NCBI GenBank assembly: GCA_964016885.1
Contig: OZ024742.1
Span: 337,962,001-338,026,000, forward strand
DNA: 64,000 nt
DNA from: Eledone cirrhosa
Lineage: Eukaryota
Reading direction: 5' to 3'
The position numbers and the translations under genes are program-made. This document shows, piece after piece, positions 15,001 through 30,000 of this stretch (positions within the stretch are counted from its first letter, which is position 1; the number at the start of each line of letters is the position of its first letter). Below the pieces are notes generated by a model, which saw only the letters and a program-made list of their open reading frames with translations, was not told where the DNA came from and searched no databases.

Positions 15001-18000
15001 CATGCTGGGGCAGCACACTCTTTTACTGGTTTCATTCATTAGACTGCGGCCATGCTGGGGCAGCACACTCTTTTACTGGTTTCATTCATTAGACTGCGGC
15101 CATGCTGGGGCAGCACACTCTTTTACTGGTTTCATTCATTAGACTGCGGCCATGCTGGGGCAGCACACTCTTTTACTGGTTTCATTCATTAGACTGCGGC
15201 CATGCTGGGGCAGCACACTCTTTTACTGGTTTCATTCATTACACTGTGGCCATGCTGGGGCAGCACACTCTTTTACTGGTTTCAGCCATTAGACTGTGGC
15301 CATGCTGGGGCAGCACACTCTTTTACTGGTTTCATTCATTAGACTGTGGCCATGCTGGGTCAGCACACTCTTTTACTGGTTTCATTCATTAGACTGTGGC
15401 CATGCTGGGGCAGCACACTCTTTTACTGGTTTCATTCATTACACTGTGGCCATGCTGGGGCAGCACACTCTTTTACTGGTTTCATTCATTAGACTGCGGC
15501 CATGCTGGGGCAGCACACTCTTTTACTGGTTTCATTCATTAGACTGAGGCCATGCTGGGGCAGCACACTCTTTTATTGGTTTCATTCATTAGACTGAGGC
15601 CATGCTGGGGCAGCACACTCTTTTACTGGTTTCATTCATTAGACTGCGGCCATGCTGGGGCAGCACACTCTTTTACTGGTTTCATTCATTAGAGTGTGGC
15701 CATGCTGGGGCAGCACACTCTTTTACTGGTTTCATTCATTAGACTGCGGCCATGCTGGGGCAGCACACTCTTTTACTGGTTTCAGCCATTAGACTGCGGC
15801 CATGCTGGGGCAGCACACTCTTTTACTGGTTTCATTCATTAGACTGCGGCCATGCTGGGGCAGCACACTCTTTTACTGGTTTCATTCATTAGACTGCGGC
15901 CATGCTGGGGCAGCACACTCTTTTATTGGTTTCATTCATTAGACTGCGGCCATGCTGGGGCAGCACACTCTTTTACTGGTTTCATTCATTAGACTGTGGC
16001 CATGCTGGGGCAGCACACTCTTTTACTGGTTTCATTCATTAGACTGTGGCTATGCTGGGGCAGCACACTCTTTTATTGGTTTCATTCATTAGACTGCGGC
16101 CATGCTGGGGCAGCACACTCTTTTACTGGTTTCATTCATTAGACTGCGGCCATGCTGGGGCAGCACACTCTTTTACTGGTTTCAGCCATTAGACTGCGGC
16201 CATGCTGGGGCAGCACACTCTTTTACTGGTTTCATTCATTAGACTGTGGCCATGCTGGGGCAGCACACTCTTTTACTGGTTTCATTCATTAGACTGTGGC
16301 TATGCTGGGGCAGCACACTCTTTTATTGGTTTCATTCATTAGACTGCGGCCATGCTGGGGCAGCACACTCTTTTACTGGTTTCATTCATTAGACTGCGGC
16401 CATGCTGGGGCAGCACACTCTTTTACTGGTTTCATTCATTAGACTGTGGCCATGCTGGGGCAGCACACTCTTTTACTGGTTTCATTCATTAGACTGTGGC
16501 CATGCTGGGGCAGCACACTCTTTTACTGGTTTCATTCATTAGACTGTGGCCATGCTGGGGCAGCACACTCTTTTACTGGTTTCATTCATTAGACTGTGGC
16601 CATGCTGGGGCAGCACACTCTTTTACTGGTTTCAGCCATTAGACTGCGGCCATGCTGGGGCAGCACACTCTTTTACTGGTTTCATTCATTAGACTGTGGC
16701 CATGCTGGGGCAGCACACTCTTTTACTGGTTTCATTCATTAGACTGTGGCTATGCTGGGGCAGCACACTCTTTTATTGGTTTCATTCATTAGACTGCGGC
16801 CATGCTGGGGCAGCACACTCTTTTACTGGTTTCATTCATTAGACTGCGGCCATGCTGGGGCAGCACACTCTTTTACTGGTTTCAGCCATTAGACTGCGGC
16901 CATGCTGGGGCAGCACACTCTTTTACTGGTTTCATTCATTAGACTGCGGCCATGCTGGGGCAGCACGCTCTTTTACTGGTTTCATTCATTAGACTGCGGC
17001 CATGCTGGGGCAGCACACTCTTTTATTGGTTTCATTCATTAGACTGCGGCCATGCTGGGGCAGCACACTCTTTTACTGGTTTCATTCATTAGACTGTGGC
17101 CATGCTGGGGCAGCACACTCTTTTACTGGTTTCATTCATTAGACTGTGGCTATGCTGGGGCAGCACACTCTTTTACTGGTTTCATTCATTAGACTGCGGC
17201 CATGCTGGGGCAGCACACTCTTTTACTGGTTTCATTCATTAGACTGCGGCCATGCTGGGGCAGCACACTCTTTTACTGGTTTCATTCATTAGACTGCGGC
17301 CATGCTGGGGCAGCACACTCTTTTACTGGTTTCATTCATTAGACTGCGGCCATGCTGGGGCAGCACACTCTTTTACTGGTTTCATTCATTAGACTGCGGC
17401 CATGCTGGGGCAGCACACTCTTTTATTGGTTTCATTCATTAGACTGCGGCCATGCTGGGGCAGCACACTCTTTTACTGGTTTCACTCGTTAGACTGTGGC
17501 CATGCTGGGGCAGCACACTCTTTTACTGGTTTCAGCCATTAGACTGAGGCCATGCTGGGGCAGCACACTCTTTTACTGGTTTCATTCATTAGACTGCGGC
17601 CATGGTGGGGCAGCACACTCTTTTACTGGTTTCATTCATTAGACTGCGGCCATGCTGGGGCAGCACACTCTTTTATTGGTTTCATTCATTAGACTGCGGC
17701 CATGCTGGGGCAGCACACTCTTTTACTGGTTTCATTCATTAGACTGTGGCCATGCTGGGGCAGCACACTCTTTTACTGGTTTCATTCATTAGACTGTGGC
17801 TATGCTGGGGTAGCACACTCTTTTACTGGTTTCATTCATTAGACTGCGGCCATGCTGGGGCAGCACACTCTTTTATTGGTTTCATTCATTAGACTGCGGC
17901 CATGCTGGGGCAGCACACTCTTTTACTGGTTTCATTCATTAGACTGCGGCCATGCTGGGGCAGCACACTCTTTTACTGGTTTCATTCATTAGAGTGTGGC

Positions 18001-21000
18001 CATGCTGGGGCAGCACACTCTTTTACTGGTTTCATTCATTAGACTGCGGCCATGCTGGGGCAGCACACTCTTTTACTGGTTTCATTCATTAGACTGTGGC
18101 CATGCTGGGGCAGCACACTCTTTTACTGGTTTCATTCATTAGACTGCGGCCATGCTGGGGCAGCACACTCTTTTACTGGTTTCAGCCATTAGACTGCGGC
18201 CATGCTGGGGCAGCACACTCTTTTACTGGTTTCATTCATTAGACTGCGGCCATGCTGGGGCAGCACACTCTTTTACTGGTTTCATTCATTAGACTGTGGC
18301 CATGCTGGGGCAGCACACTCTTTTACTGGTTTCATTCATTAGACTGTGGCCATGCTGGGGCAGCACACTCTTTTATTGGTTTCAGTCATTAGACTGCGGC
18401 CATGTTGGGGCAGCACACTCTTTTACTGGTTTCATTCATTAGACTGCGGCCATGCTGGGGCAGCACACTCTTTTATTGGTTTCATTCATTAGACTGTGGC
18501 CATGCTGGGGCAGCACACTCTTTTACTGGTTTCATTCATTAGACTGTGGCCATGCTGGGGCAGCACACTCTTTTATTGGTTTCAGTCATTAGACTGCGGC
18601 CATGTTGGGGCAGCACACTCTTTTACTGGTTTCATTCATTAGACTGCGGCCATGCTGGGGCAGCACACTCTTTTACTGGTTTCATTCATTAGACTGAGGC
18701 CATGCTGGGGCAGCACACTCTTTTACTGGTTTCATTCATTAGACTGTGGCCATGCTGGGGCAGCACACTCTTTTACTGGTTTCATTCATTAGACTGCGGC
18801 CATGCTGGGGCAGCACACTCTTTTACTGGTTTCATTCATTAGACTGTGGCCATGCTGGGGCAGCACACTCTTTTACTGGTTTCATTCATTAGACTGCGGC
18901 CATGCTGGGGCAGCACACTCTTTTACTGGTTTCATTCATTAGACTGTGGCCATGCTGGGGCAGCACACTCTTTTACTGGTTTCATTCATTAGACTGCGGC
19001 CATGCTGGGGCAGCACACTCTTTTACTGGTTTCATTCATTAGACTGCGGCCATGCTGGGGCAGCACACTCTTTTACTGGTTTCATTCATTAGACTGCGGC
19101 CATGCTGGGGCAGCACACTCTTTTACTGGTTTCATTCATTAGACTGTGGCCATGCTGGGGCAGCACACTCTTTTACTGGTTTCATTCATTAGACTGCGGC
19201 CATGCTGGGGCAGCACACTCTTTTACTGGTTTCATTCATTAGACTGCGGCCATGCTGGGGCAGCACACTCTTTTACTGGTTTCATTCATTAGACTGCGGC
19301 CATGCTGGGGCAGCACACTCTTTTACTGGTTTCATTCATTAGACTGCGGCCATGCTGGGGCAGCACACTCTTTTACTGGTTTCATTCATTAGACTGCGGC
19401 CATGCTGGGGCAGCACACTCTTTTACTGGTTTCATTCATTAGACTGTGGCCATGCTGGGGCAGCACACTCTTTTACTGGTTTCATTCATTAGACTGCGGC
19501 CATGCTGGGGCAGCACACTCTTTTACTGGTTTCATTCATTAGACTGCGGCCATGCTGGGGCAGCACACTCTTTTACTGGTTTCATTCATTAGACTGCGGC
19601 CATGCTGGGGCAGCACACTCTTTTACTGGTTTCATTCATTAGACTGTGGCCATGCTGGGGCAGCACACTCTTTTACTGGTTTCAGCCATTAGACTGAGGC
19701 CATGCTGGGGCAGCACACTCTTTTACTGGTTTCATTCATTAGACTGCGGCCATGCTGGGGCAGCACACTCTTTTATTGGTTTCAGCCATTAGACTGAGGC
19801 CATGCTGGGGCAGCACACTCTTTTACTGGTTTCATTCATTAGACTGCGGCCATGCTGGGGCAGCACACTCTTTTATTGGTTTCATTCATTAGACTGCGGC
19901 CATGCTGGGGCAGCACACTCTTTTACTGGTTTCATTCATTAGACTGTGGCCATGCTGGGGCAGCACACTCTTTTACTGGTTTCATTCATTAGACTGCGGC
20001 CATGCTGGGGCAGCACACTCTTTTACTGGTTTCATTCATTAGACTGTGGCCATGCTGGGGCAGCACACTCTTTTATTGGTTTCATTCATTAGACTGCGGC
20101 CATGCTGGGGTAGCACACTCTTTTACTGGTTTCATTCATTAGACTGCGGCCATGCTGGGGCAGCACACTCTTTTACTGGTTTCACTCGTTAGACTGTGGC
20201 CATGCTGGGGCAGCACACTCTTTTACTGGTTTCAGCCATTAGACTGAGGCCATGCTGGGGCAGCACACTCTTTTACTGGTTTCATTCATTAGACTGCGGC
20301 CATGCTGGGGCAGCACACTCTTTTATTGGTTTCAGCCATTAGACTGAGGCCATGCTGGGGCAGCACACTCTTTTACTGGTTTCATTCATTAGACTGCGGC
20401 CATGCTGGGGCAGCACACTCTTTTACTGGTTTCATTCATTAGACTGCGGCCATGCTGGGGCAGCACACTCTTTTACTGGTTTCACTCGTTAGACTGTGGC
20501 CATGCTGGGGCAGCACACTCTTTTACTGGTTTCAGCCATTAGACTGAGGCCATGCTGGGGCAGCACACTCTTTTACTGGTTTCATTCATTAGACTGCGGC
20601 CATGCTGGGGCAGCACACTCTTTTATTGGTTTCAGCCATTAGACTGAGGCCATGCTGGGGCAGCACACTCTTTTACTGGTTTCATTCATTAGACTGCGGC
20701 CATGCTGGGGCAGCACACTCTTTTATTGGTTTCATTCATTAGACTGCGGCCATGCTGGGGCAGCACACTCTTTTACTGGTTTCATTCATTAGACTGTGGC
20801 CATGCTGGGGCAGCACACTCTTTTACTGGTTTCATTCATTAGACTGCGGCCATGCTGGGGCAGCACACTCTTTTACTGGTTTCATTCATTAGACTGTGGC
20901 CATGCTGGGGCAGCACACTCTTTTATTGGTTTCATTCATTAGACTGCGGCCATGCTGGGGTAGCACACTCTTTTACTGGTTTCATTCATTAGACTGCGGC

Positions 21001-24000
21001 CATGCTGGGGCAGCACACTCTTTTACTGGTTTCACTCGTTAGACTGTGGCCATGCTGGGGCAGCACACTCTTTTACTGGTTTCAGCCATTAGACTGAGGC
21101 CATGCTGGGGCAGCACACTCTTTTACTGGTTTCATTCATTAGACTGCGGCCATGCTGGGGCAGCACACTCTTTTACTGGTTTCAGCCATTAGACTGAGGC
21201 CATGCTGGGGCAGCACACTCTTTTACTGGTTTCATTCATTAGACTGCGGCCATGCTGGGGCAGCACACTCTTTTACTGGTTTCAGCCATTAGACTGAGGC
21301 CATGCTGGGGCAGCACACTCTTTTACTGGTTTCATTCATTAGACTGCGGCCATGCTGGGGCAGCACACTCTTTTACTGGTTTCATTCATTAGACTGTGGC
21401 CATGCTGGGGCAGCACACTCTTTTACTGGTTTCATTCATTAGACTGCGGCCATGCTGGGGCAGCACACTCTTTTACTGGTTTCAGCCATTAGACTGAGGC
21501 CATGCTGGGGCAGTACACTCTTTTACTGGTTTCAGCCATTAGACTGAGGCCATGCTGGGGCAGCACACTCTTTTACTGGTTTCAGCCATTAGACTGCGGC
21601 CATGCTGGGGCAGCACACTCTTTTACTGGTTTCAGCCATTAGACTGAGGCCATGCTGGGGCAGCACACTCTTTTACTGGTTTCAGCCATTAGACTGAGGC
21701 CATGCTGGGGCAGCACACTCTTTTACTGGTTTCAGCCATTAGACTGCGGCCATGCTGGGGCAGCACACTCTTTTACTGGTTTCAGCCATTAGACTGCGGC
21801 CATGCTGGGGCAGCACACTCTTTTACTGGTTTCATTCATTACACTGTGGCCATGCTGGGGCAGCACACTCTTTTACTGGTTTCATTCATTCATTAGACTG
21901 TGGCCATGCTGGGGCAGCACACTCTTTTACTGGTTTCATTCATTAGACTGCGGCCATGCTGGGGCAGCACACTCTTTTACTGGTTTCATTCATTAGACTG
22001 CGGCCATGCTGGGGCAGCACACTCTTTTACTGGTTTCATTCATTACACTGTGGCCATGCTGGGGCAGCACACTCTTTTACTGGTTTCATTCATTCATTAG
22101 ACTGTGGCCATGCTGGGGCAGCACACTCTTTTACTGGTTTCATTCATTAGACTGCGGCCATGCTGGGGCAGCACACTCTTTTACTGGTTTCATTCATTAG
22201 ACTGCGGCCATGCTGGGGCAGCACACTCTTTTACTGGTTTCAGCCATTAGACTGTGGCCATGCTGGGGCAGCACACTCTTTTACTGGTTTCATTCATTAG
22301 ACTGTGGCCATGCTGGGTCAGCACACTCTTTTACTGGTTTCATTCATTAGACTGTGGCCATGCTGGGGCAGCACACTCTTTTACTGGTTTCATTCATTAC
22401 ACTGTGGCCATGCTGGGGCAGCACACTCTTTTACTGGTTTCATTCATTAGACTGTGGCCATGCTGGGGCAGCACACTCTTTTACTGGTTTCATTCATTAC
22501 ACTGTGGCCATGCTGGGGCAGCACACTCTTTTACTGGTTTCATTCATTAGACTGTGGCCATGCTGGGGCAGCACACTCTTTTACTGGTTTCATTCATTAC
22601 ACTGTGGCCATGCTGGGGCAGCACACTCTTTTACTGGTTTCATTCATTAGACTGTGGCCATGCTGGGGTAGCACACTCTTTTACTGGTTTCATTCATTAG
22701 ACTGCGGCCATGCTGGGGCAGCACACTCTTTTACTGGTTTCATTCATTAGACTGCGGCCATGCTGGGGCAGCACACTCTTTTACTGGTTTCATTCATTAG
22801 ACTGCGGCCATGCTGGGGCAGCACACTCTTTTACTGGTTTCAGCCATTAGACTGCGGCCATGCTGGGGCAGCACACTCTTTTACTGGTTTCAGCCATTAG
22901 ACTGCGGCCATGCTGGGGCAGCACACTCTTTTACTGGTTTCATTCATTACACTGTGGCCATGCTGGGGCAGCACACTCTTTTACTGGTTTCATTCATTCA
23001 TTAGACTGTGGCCATGCTGGGGCAGCACACTCTTTTACTGGTTTCATTCATTAGACTGCGGCCATGCTGGGGCAGCACACTCTTTTACTGGTTTCATTCA
23101 TTCATTAGACTGTGGCCATGCTGGGGCAGCACACTCTTTTACTGGTTTCATTCATTAGACTGCGGCCATGCTGGGGCAGCACACTCTTTTACTGGTTTCA
23201 TTCATTCATTAGACTGCGGCCATGCTGGGGCAGCACACTCTTTTACTGGTTTCATTCATTCATTAGACTGCGGCCATGCTGGGGCAGCACACTCTTTTAC
23301 TGGTTTCATTCATTCATTAGACTGCGGCCATGCTGGGGCAGCACACTCTTTTACTGGTTTCATTCATTCATTAGACTGTGGCCATGCTGGGGCAGCACAC
23401 TCTTTTACTGGTTTCATTCATTACACTGTGGCCATGCTGGGGCAGCACACTCTTTTACTGGTTTCATTCATTCATTAGACTGTGGCCATGCTGGGGCAGC
23501 ACACTCTTTTACTGGTTTCATTCATTAGACTGCGGCCATGCTGGGGCAGCACACTCTTTTACTGGTTTCAGCCATTAGACTGTGGCCATGCTGGGGCAGC
23601 ACACTCTTTTACTGGTTCCATTCATTAGACTGTGGCCATGCTGGGTCAGCACACTCTTTTACTGGTTTCATTCATTAGACTGTGGCCATGCTGGGGCAGC
23701 ACACTCTTTTACTGGTTTCATTCATTACACTGTGGCCATGCTGGGGCAGCACACTCTTTTACTGGTTTCATTCATTAGACTGTGGCCATGCTGGGGCAGC
23801 ACACTCTTTTACTGGTTTCATTCATTAGACTGTGGCCATGCTGGGGCAGCACACTCTTTTACTGGTTTCACTCGTTAGACTGTGGCCATGCTGGGGCAGC
23901 ACACTCTTTTACTGGTTTCAGCCATTAGACTGCGGCCATGCTGGGGCAGCACACTCTTTTACTGGTTTCATTCTTTAGACTGAGGCCATGCTGGGGCAGC

Positions 24001-27000
24001 ACACTCTTTTACTGGTTTCATTCATTAGACTGCGGCCATGCTGGGGCAGCACACTCTTTTATTGGTTTCATTCATTAGACTGAGGCCATGCTGGGGCAGC
24101 ACACTCTTTTACTGGTTTCATTCATTAGACTGCGGCCATGCTGGGGCAGCACACTCTTTTATTGGTTTCATTCATTAGACTGCGGCCATGCTGGGGCAGC
24201 ACACTCTTTTACTGGTTTCATTCATTAGACTGTGGCCATGCTGGGGCAGCACACTCTTTTACTGGTTTCAGCCATTAGACTGAGGCCATGCTGGGGCAGC
24301 ACACTCTTTTACTGGTTTCAGCCATTAGACTGAGGCCATGCTGGGGCAGCACACTCTTTTACTGGTTTCAGCCATTAGACTGAGGCCATGCTGGGGTAGC
24401 ACACTCTTTTACTGGTTTCATTCATTAGACTGCGGCCATGCTGGGGCAGCACACTCTTTTACTGGTTTCATTCATTAGACTGCGGCCATGCTGGGGCAGC
24501 ACACTCTTTTATTGGTTTCATTCATTAGACTGCGGCCATGCTGGGGCAGCACACTCTTTTACTGGTTTCATTCATTAGACTGTGGCCATGCTGGGGCAGC
24601 ACACTCTTTTACTGGTTTCATTCATTAGACTGTGGCTATGCTGGGTTAGCACACTCTTTTACTGGTTTCATTCATTAGACTGTGGCCATGCTGGGGCAGC
24701 ACACTCTTTTACTGGTTTCATTCATTAGACTGCGGCCATGCTGGGGCAGCACACTCTTTTATTGGTTTCATTCATTAGACTGCGGCCATGCTGGGGCAGC
24801 ACACTCTTTTACTGGTTTCATTCATTAGACTGCGGCCATGCTGGGGCAGCACACTCTTTTATTGGTTTCATTCATTAGACTGCGGCCATGCTGGGGCAGC
24901 ACACTCTTTTACTGGTTTCATTCATTAGACTGCGGCCATGCTGGGGCAGCACACTCTTTTATTGGTTTCATTCATTAGACTGCGGCCATGCTGGGGCAGC
25001 ACACTCTTTTACTGGTTTCATTCATTAGACTGCGGCCATGCTGGGGCAGCACACTCTTTTACTGGTTTCATTCATTAGACTGCGGCCATGCTGGGGCAGC
25101 ACACTCTTTTACTGGTTTCATTCATTAGACTGCGGCCATGCTGGGGCAGCACACTCTTTTATTGGTTTCATTCATTAGACTGCGGCCATGCTGGGGCAGC
25201 ACACTCTTTTACTGGTTTCATTCATTAGACTGCGGCCATGCTGGGGCAGCACACTCTTTTATTGGTTTCATTCATTAGACTGCGGCCATGCTGGGGCAGC
25301 ACACTCTTTTACTGGTTTCATTCATTAGACTGCGGCCATGCTGGGGCAGCACACTCTTTTACTGGTTTCATTCATTAGACTGCGGCCATGCTGGGGCAGC
25401 ACACTCTTTTACTGGTTTCATTCATTAGACTGTGGCTATGCTGGGGCAGCACACTCTTTTACTGGTTTCATTCATTAGACTGTGGCCATGCTGGGGCAGC
25501 ACACTCTTTTACTGGTTTCATTCATTAGACTGTGGCTATGCTGGGGCAGCACACTCTTTTACTGGTTTCATTCATTAGACTGCGGCCATGCTGGGGCAGC
25601 ACACTCTTTTACTGGTTTCAGCCATTAGACTGAGGCCATGCTGGGGCAGCACACTCTTTTACTGGTTTCAGCCATTAGACTGAGGCCATGCTGGGGTAGC
25701 ACACTCTTTTACTGGTTTCATTCATTAGACTGCGGCCATGCTGGGGCAGCACACTCTTTTACTGGTTTCATTCATTAGACTGCGGCCATGCTGGGGCAGC
25801 ACACTCTTTTATTGGTTTCATTCATTAGACTGCGGCCATGCTGGGGCAGCACACTCTTTTACTGGTTTCATTCATTAGACTGTGGCCATGCTGGGGCAGC
25901 ACACTCTTTTACTGGTTTCATTCATTAGACTGTGGCTATGCTGGGGTAGCACACTCTTTTACTGGTTTCACTCGTTAGACTGTGGCCATGCTGGGGCAGC
26001 ACACTCTTTTACTGGTTTCAGCCATTAGACTGAGGCCATGCTGGGGCAGCACACTCTTTTACTGGTTTCAGCCATTAGACTGAGGCCATGCTGGGGTAGC
26101 ACACTCTTTTACTGGTTTCATTCATTAGACTGCGGCCATGCTGGGGCAGCACACTCTTTTACTGGTTTCATTCATTAGACTGCGGCCATGCTGGGGCAGC
26201 ACACTCTTTTATTGGTTTCATTCATTAGACTGCGGCCATGCTGGGGCAGCACACTCTTTTACTGGTTTCATTCATTAGACTGTGGCCATGCTGGGGCAGC
26301 ACACTCTTTTACTGGTTTCATTCATTAGACTGTGGCTATGCTGGGGTAGCACACTCTTTTACTGGTTTCATTCATTAGACTGCGGCCATGCTGGGGCAGC
26401 ACACTCTTTTACTGGTTTCATTCATTAGACTGTGGCCATGCTGGGGCAGCACACTCTTTTACTGGTTTCATTCATTAGACTGTGGCTATGCTGGGGTAGC
26501 ACACTCTTTTACTGGTTTCATTCATTAGACTGTGGCCATGCTGGGGCAGCACACTCTTTTACTGGTTTCATTCATTAGACTGCGGCCATGCTGGGGCAGC
26601 ACACTCTTTTACTGGTTTCAGCCATTAGACTGTGGCCATGCTGGGGCAGCACACTCTTTTACTGGTTTCATTCATTAGACTGCGGCCACGCTGGGGCAGC
26701 ACACTCTTTTACTGGTTTCAGCCATTAGACTGTGGCCATGCTGGGGCAGCACACTCTTTTACTGGTTTCATTCATTAGACTGCGGCCATGCTGGGGCAGC
26801 ACACTCTTTTATTGGTTTCATTCATTAGACTGCGGCCATGCTGGGGCAGCACACTCTTTTACTGGTTTCATTCATTAGACTGTGGCCATGCTGGGGCAGC
26901 ACACTCTTTTACTGGTTTCATTCATTAGACTGTGGCTATGCTGGGGTAGCACACTCTTTTACTGGTTTCATTCATTAGACTGTGGCCATGCTGGGGCAGC

Positions 27001-30000
27001 ACACTCTTTTACTGGTTTCATTCATTAGACTGTGGCCATGCTGGGGCAGCACACTCTTTTATTGGTTTCAGCCATTAGACTGTGGCCATGCTGGGGCAGC
27101 ACACTCTTTTACTGGTTTCATTCATTAGACTGCGGCCATGCTGGGGCAGCACACTCTTTTATTGGTTTCATTCATTAGACTGCGGCCATGCTGGGGCAGC
27201 ACACTCTTTTACTGGTTTCACTCGTTAGACTGTGGCCATGCTGGGGCAGCACACTCTTTTACTGGTTTCATTCATTAGACTGCGGCCATGCTGGGGCAGC
27301 ACACTCTTTTATTGGTTTCATTCATTAGACTGCGGCCATGCTGGGGCAGCACACTCTTTTACTGGTTTCATTCATTAGACTGTGGCTATGCTGGGGTAGC
27401 ACACTCTTTTACTGGTTTCATTCATTAGACTGCGGCCATGCTGGGGCAGCACACTCTTTTACTGGTTTCATTCATTAGACTGCGGCCATGCTGGGGCAGC
27501 ACACTCTTTTATTGGTTTCATTCATTAGACTGCGGCCATGCTGGGGCAGCACACTCTTTTACTGGTTTCATTCATTAGACTGTGGCCATGCTGGGGCAGC
27601 ACACTCTTTTACTGGTTTCATTCATTAGACTGTGGCTATGCTGGGGTAGCACACTCTTTTACTGGTTTCATTCATTAGACTGCGGCCATGCTGGGGCAGC
27701 ACACTCTTTTACTGGTTTCATTCATTAGACTGCGGCCATGCTGGGGCAGCACACTCTTTTACTGGTTTCATTCATTAGACTGAGGCCATGCTGGGGCAGC
27801 ACACTCTTTTATTGGTTTCATTCATTAGACTGTGGCCATGCTGGGGCAGCACACTCTTTTATTGGTTTCAGCCATTAGACTGCGGCCATGCTGGGGCAGC
27901 ACACTCTTTTACTGGTTTCATTCATTAGACTGAGGCCATGCTGGGGCAGCACACTCTTTTATTGGTTTCATTCATTAGACTGAGGCCATGCTGGGGCAGC
28001 ACACTCTTTTATTGGTTTCATTCATTAGACTGTGGCCATGCTGGGGCAGCACACTCTTTTATTGGTTTCAGCCATTAGACTGCGGCCATGCTGGGGCAGC
28101 ACACTCTTTTACTGGTTTCATTCATTAGACTGAGGCCATGCTGGGGCAGCACACTCTTTTATTGGTTTCATTCATTAGACTGCGGCCATGCTGGGGCAGC
28201 ACACTCTTTTACTGGTTTCATTCATTAGACTGTGGCCATGCTGGGGCAGCACACTCTTTTACTGGTTTCATTCATTAGACTGTGGCTATGCTGGGGTAGC
28301 ACACTCTTTTATTGGTTTCAGCCATTAGACTGTGGCCATGCTGGGGCAGCACACTCTTTTATTGGTTTCATTCATTAGACTGCGGCCATGCTGGGGCAGC
28401 ACACTCTTTTACTGGTTTCATTCATTAGACAGTGGCTATGCTGGGGTAGCACACTCTTTTATTGGTTTCAGCCATTAGACTGCGGCCATGCTGGGGCAGC
28501 ACACTCTTTTATTGGTTTCATTCATTAGACTGCGGCCATGCTGGGGCAGCACACTCTTTTACTGGTTTCATTCATTAGACTGTGGCTATGCTGGGGTAGC
28601 ACACTCTTTTATTGGTTTCAGCCATTAGACTGTGGCCATGCTGGGGCAGCACACTCTTTTATTGGTTTCATTCATTAGACTGCGGCCATGCTGGGGCAGC
28701 ACACTCTTTTACTGGTTTCATTCATTAGACTGTGGCTATGCTGGGGTAGCACACTCTTTTATTGGTTTCAGCCATTAGACTGCGGCCATGCTGGGGTAGC
28801 ACACTCTTTTATTGGTTTCAGCCATTAGACTGCGGCCATGCTGGGGCAGCACACTCTTTTACTGGTTTCATTCTTTAGACTGTGGCCATGCTGGGGCAGC
28901 ACACTCTTTTACTGGTTTCATTCATTAGACTGAGGCCATGCTGGGGCAGCACACTCTTTTATTGGTTTCATTCATTAGACTGCGGCCATGCTGGGGCAGC
29001 ACACTCTTTTACTGGTTTCATTCATTAGACTGAGGCCATGCTGGGGCAGCACACTCTTTTATTGGTTTCATTCATTAGACTGCGGCCATGCTGGGGCAGC
29101 ACACTCTTTTACTGGTTTCATTCATTAGACTGCGGCCATGCTGGGGCAGCACACTCTTTTATTGGTTTCATTCATTAGACTGCGGCCATGCTGGGGCAGC
29201 ACACTCTTTTACTGGTTTCATTCATTAGACTGCGGCCATGCTGGGGCAGCACACTCTTTTACTGGTTTCATTCATTAGACTGCGGCCATGCTGGGGCAGC
29301 ACACTCTTTTACTGGTTTCATTCATTAGACTGTGGCTATGCTGGGGCAGCACACTCTTTTACTGGTTTCATTCATTAGACTGTGGCCATGCTGGGGCAGC
29401 ACACTCTTTTACTGGTTTCATTCATTAGACTGTGGCTATGCTGGGGCAGCACACTCTTTTACTGGTTTCATTCATTAGACTGCGGCCATGCTGGGGCAGC
29501 ACACTCTTTTACTGGTTTCAGCCATTAGACTGAGGCCATGCTGGGGCAGCACACTCTTTTACTGGTTTCAGCCATTAGACTGAGGCCATGCTGGGGTAGC
29601 ACACTCTTTTACTGGTTTCATTCATTAGACTGCGGCCATGCTGGGGCAGCACACTCTTTTACTGGTTTCATTCATTAGACTGCGGCCATGCTGGGGCAGC
29701 ACACTCTTTTATTGGTTTCATTCATTAGACTGCGGCCATGCTGGGGCAGCACACTCTTTTACTGGTTTCATTCATTAGACTGTGGCCATGCTGGGGCAGC
29801 ACACTCTTTTACTGGTTTCATTCATTAGACTGTGGCTATGCTGGGGTAGCACACTCTTTTACTGGTTTCACTCGTTAGACTGTGGCCATGCTGGGGCAGC
29901 ACACTCTTTTACTGGTTTCAGCCATTAGACTGAGGCCATGCTGGGGCAGCACACTCTTTTACTGGTTTCAGCCATTAGACTGAGGCCATGCTGGGGTAGC

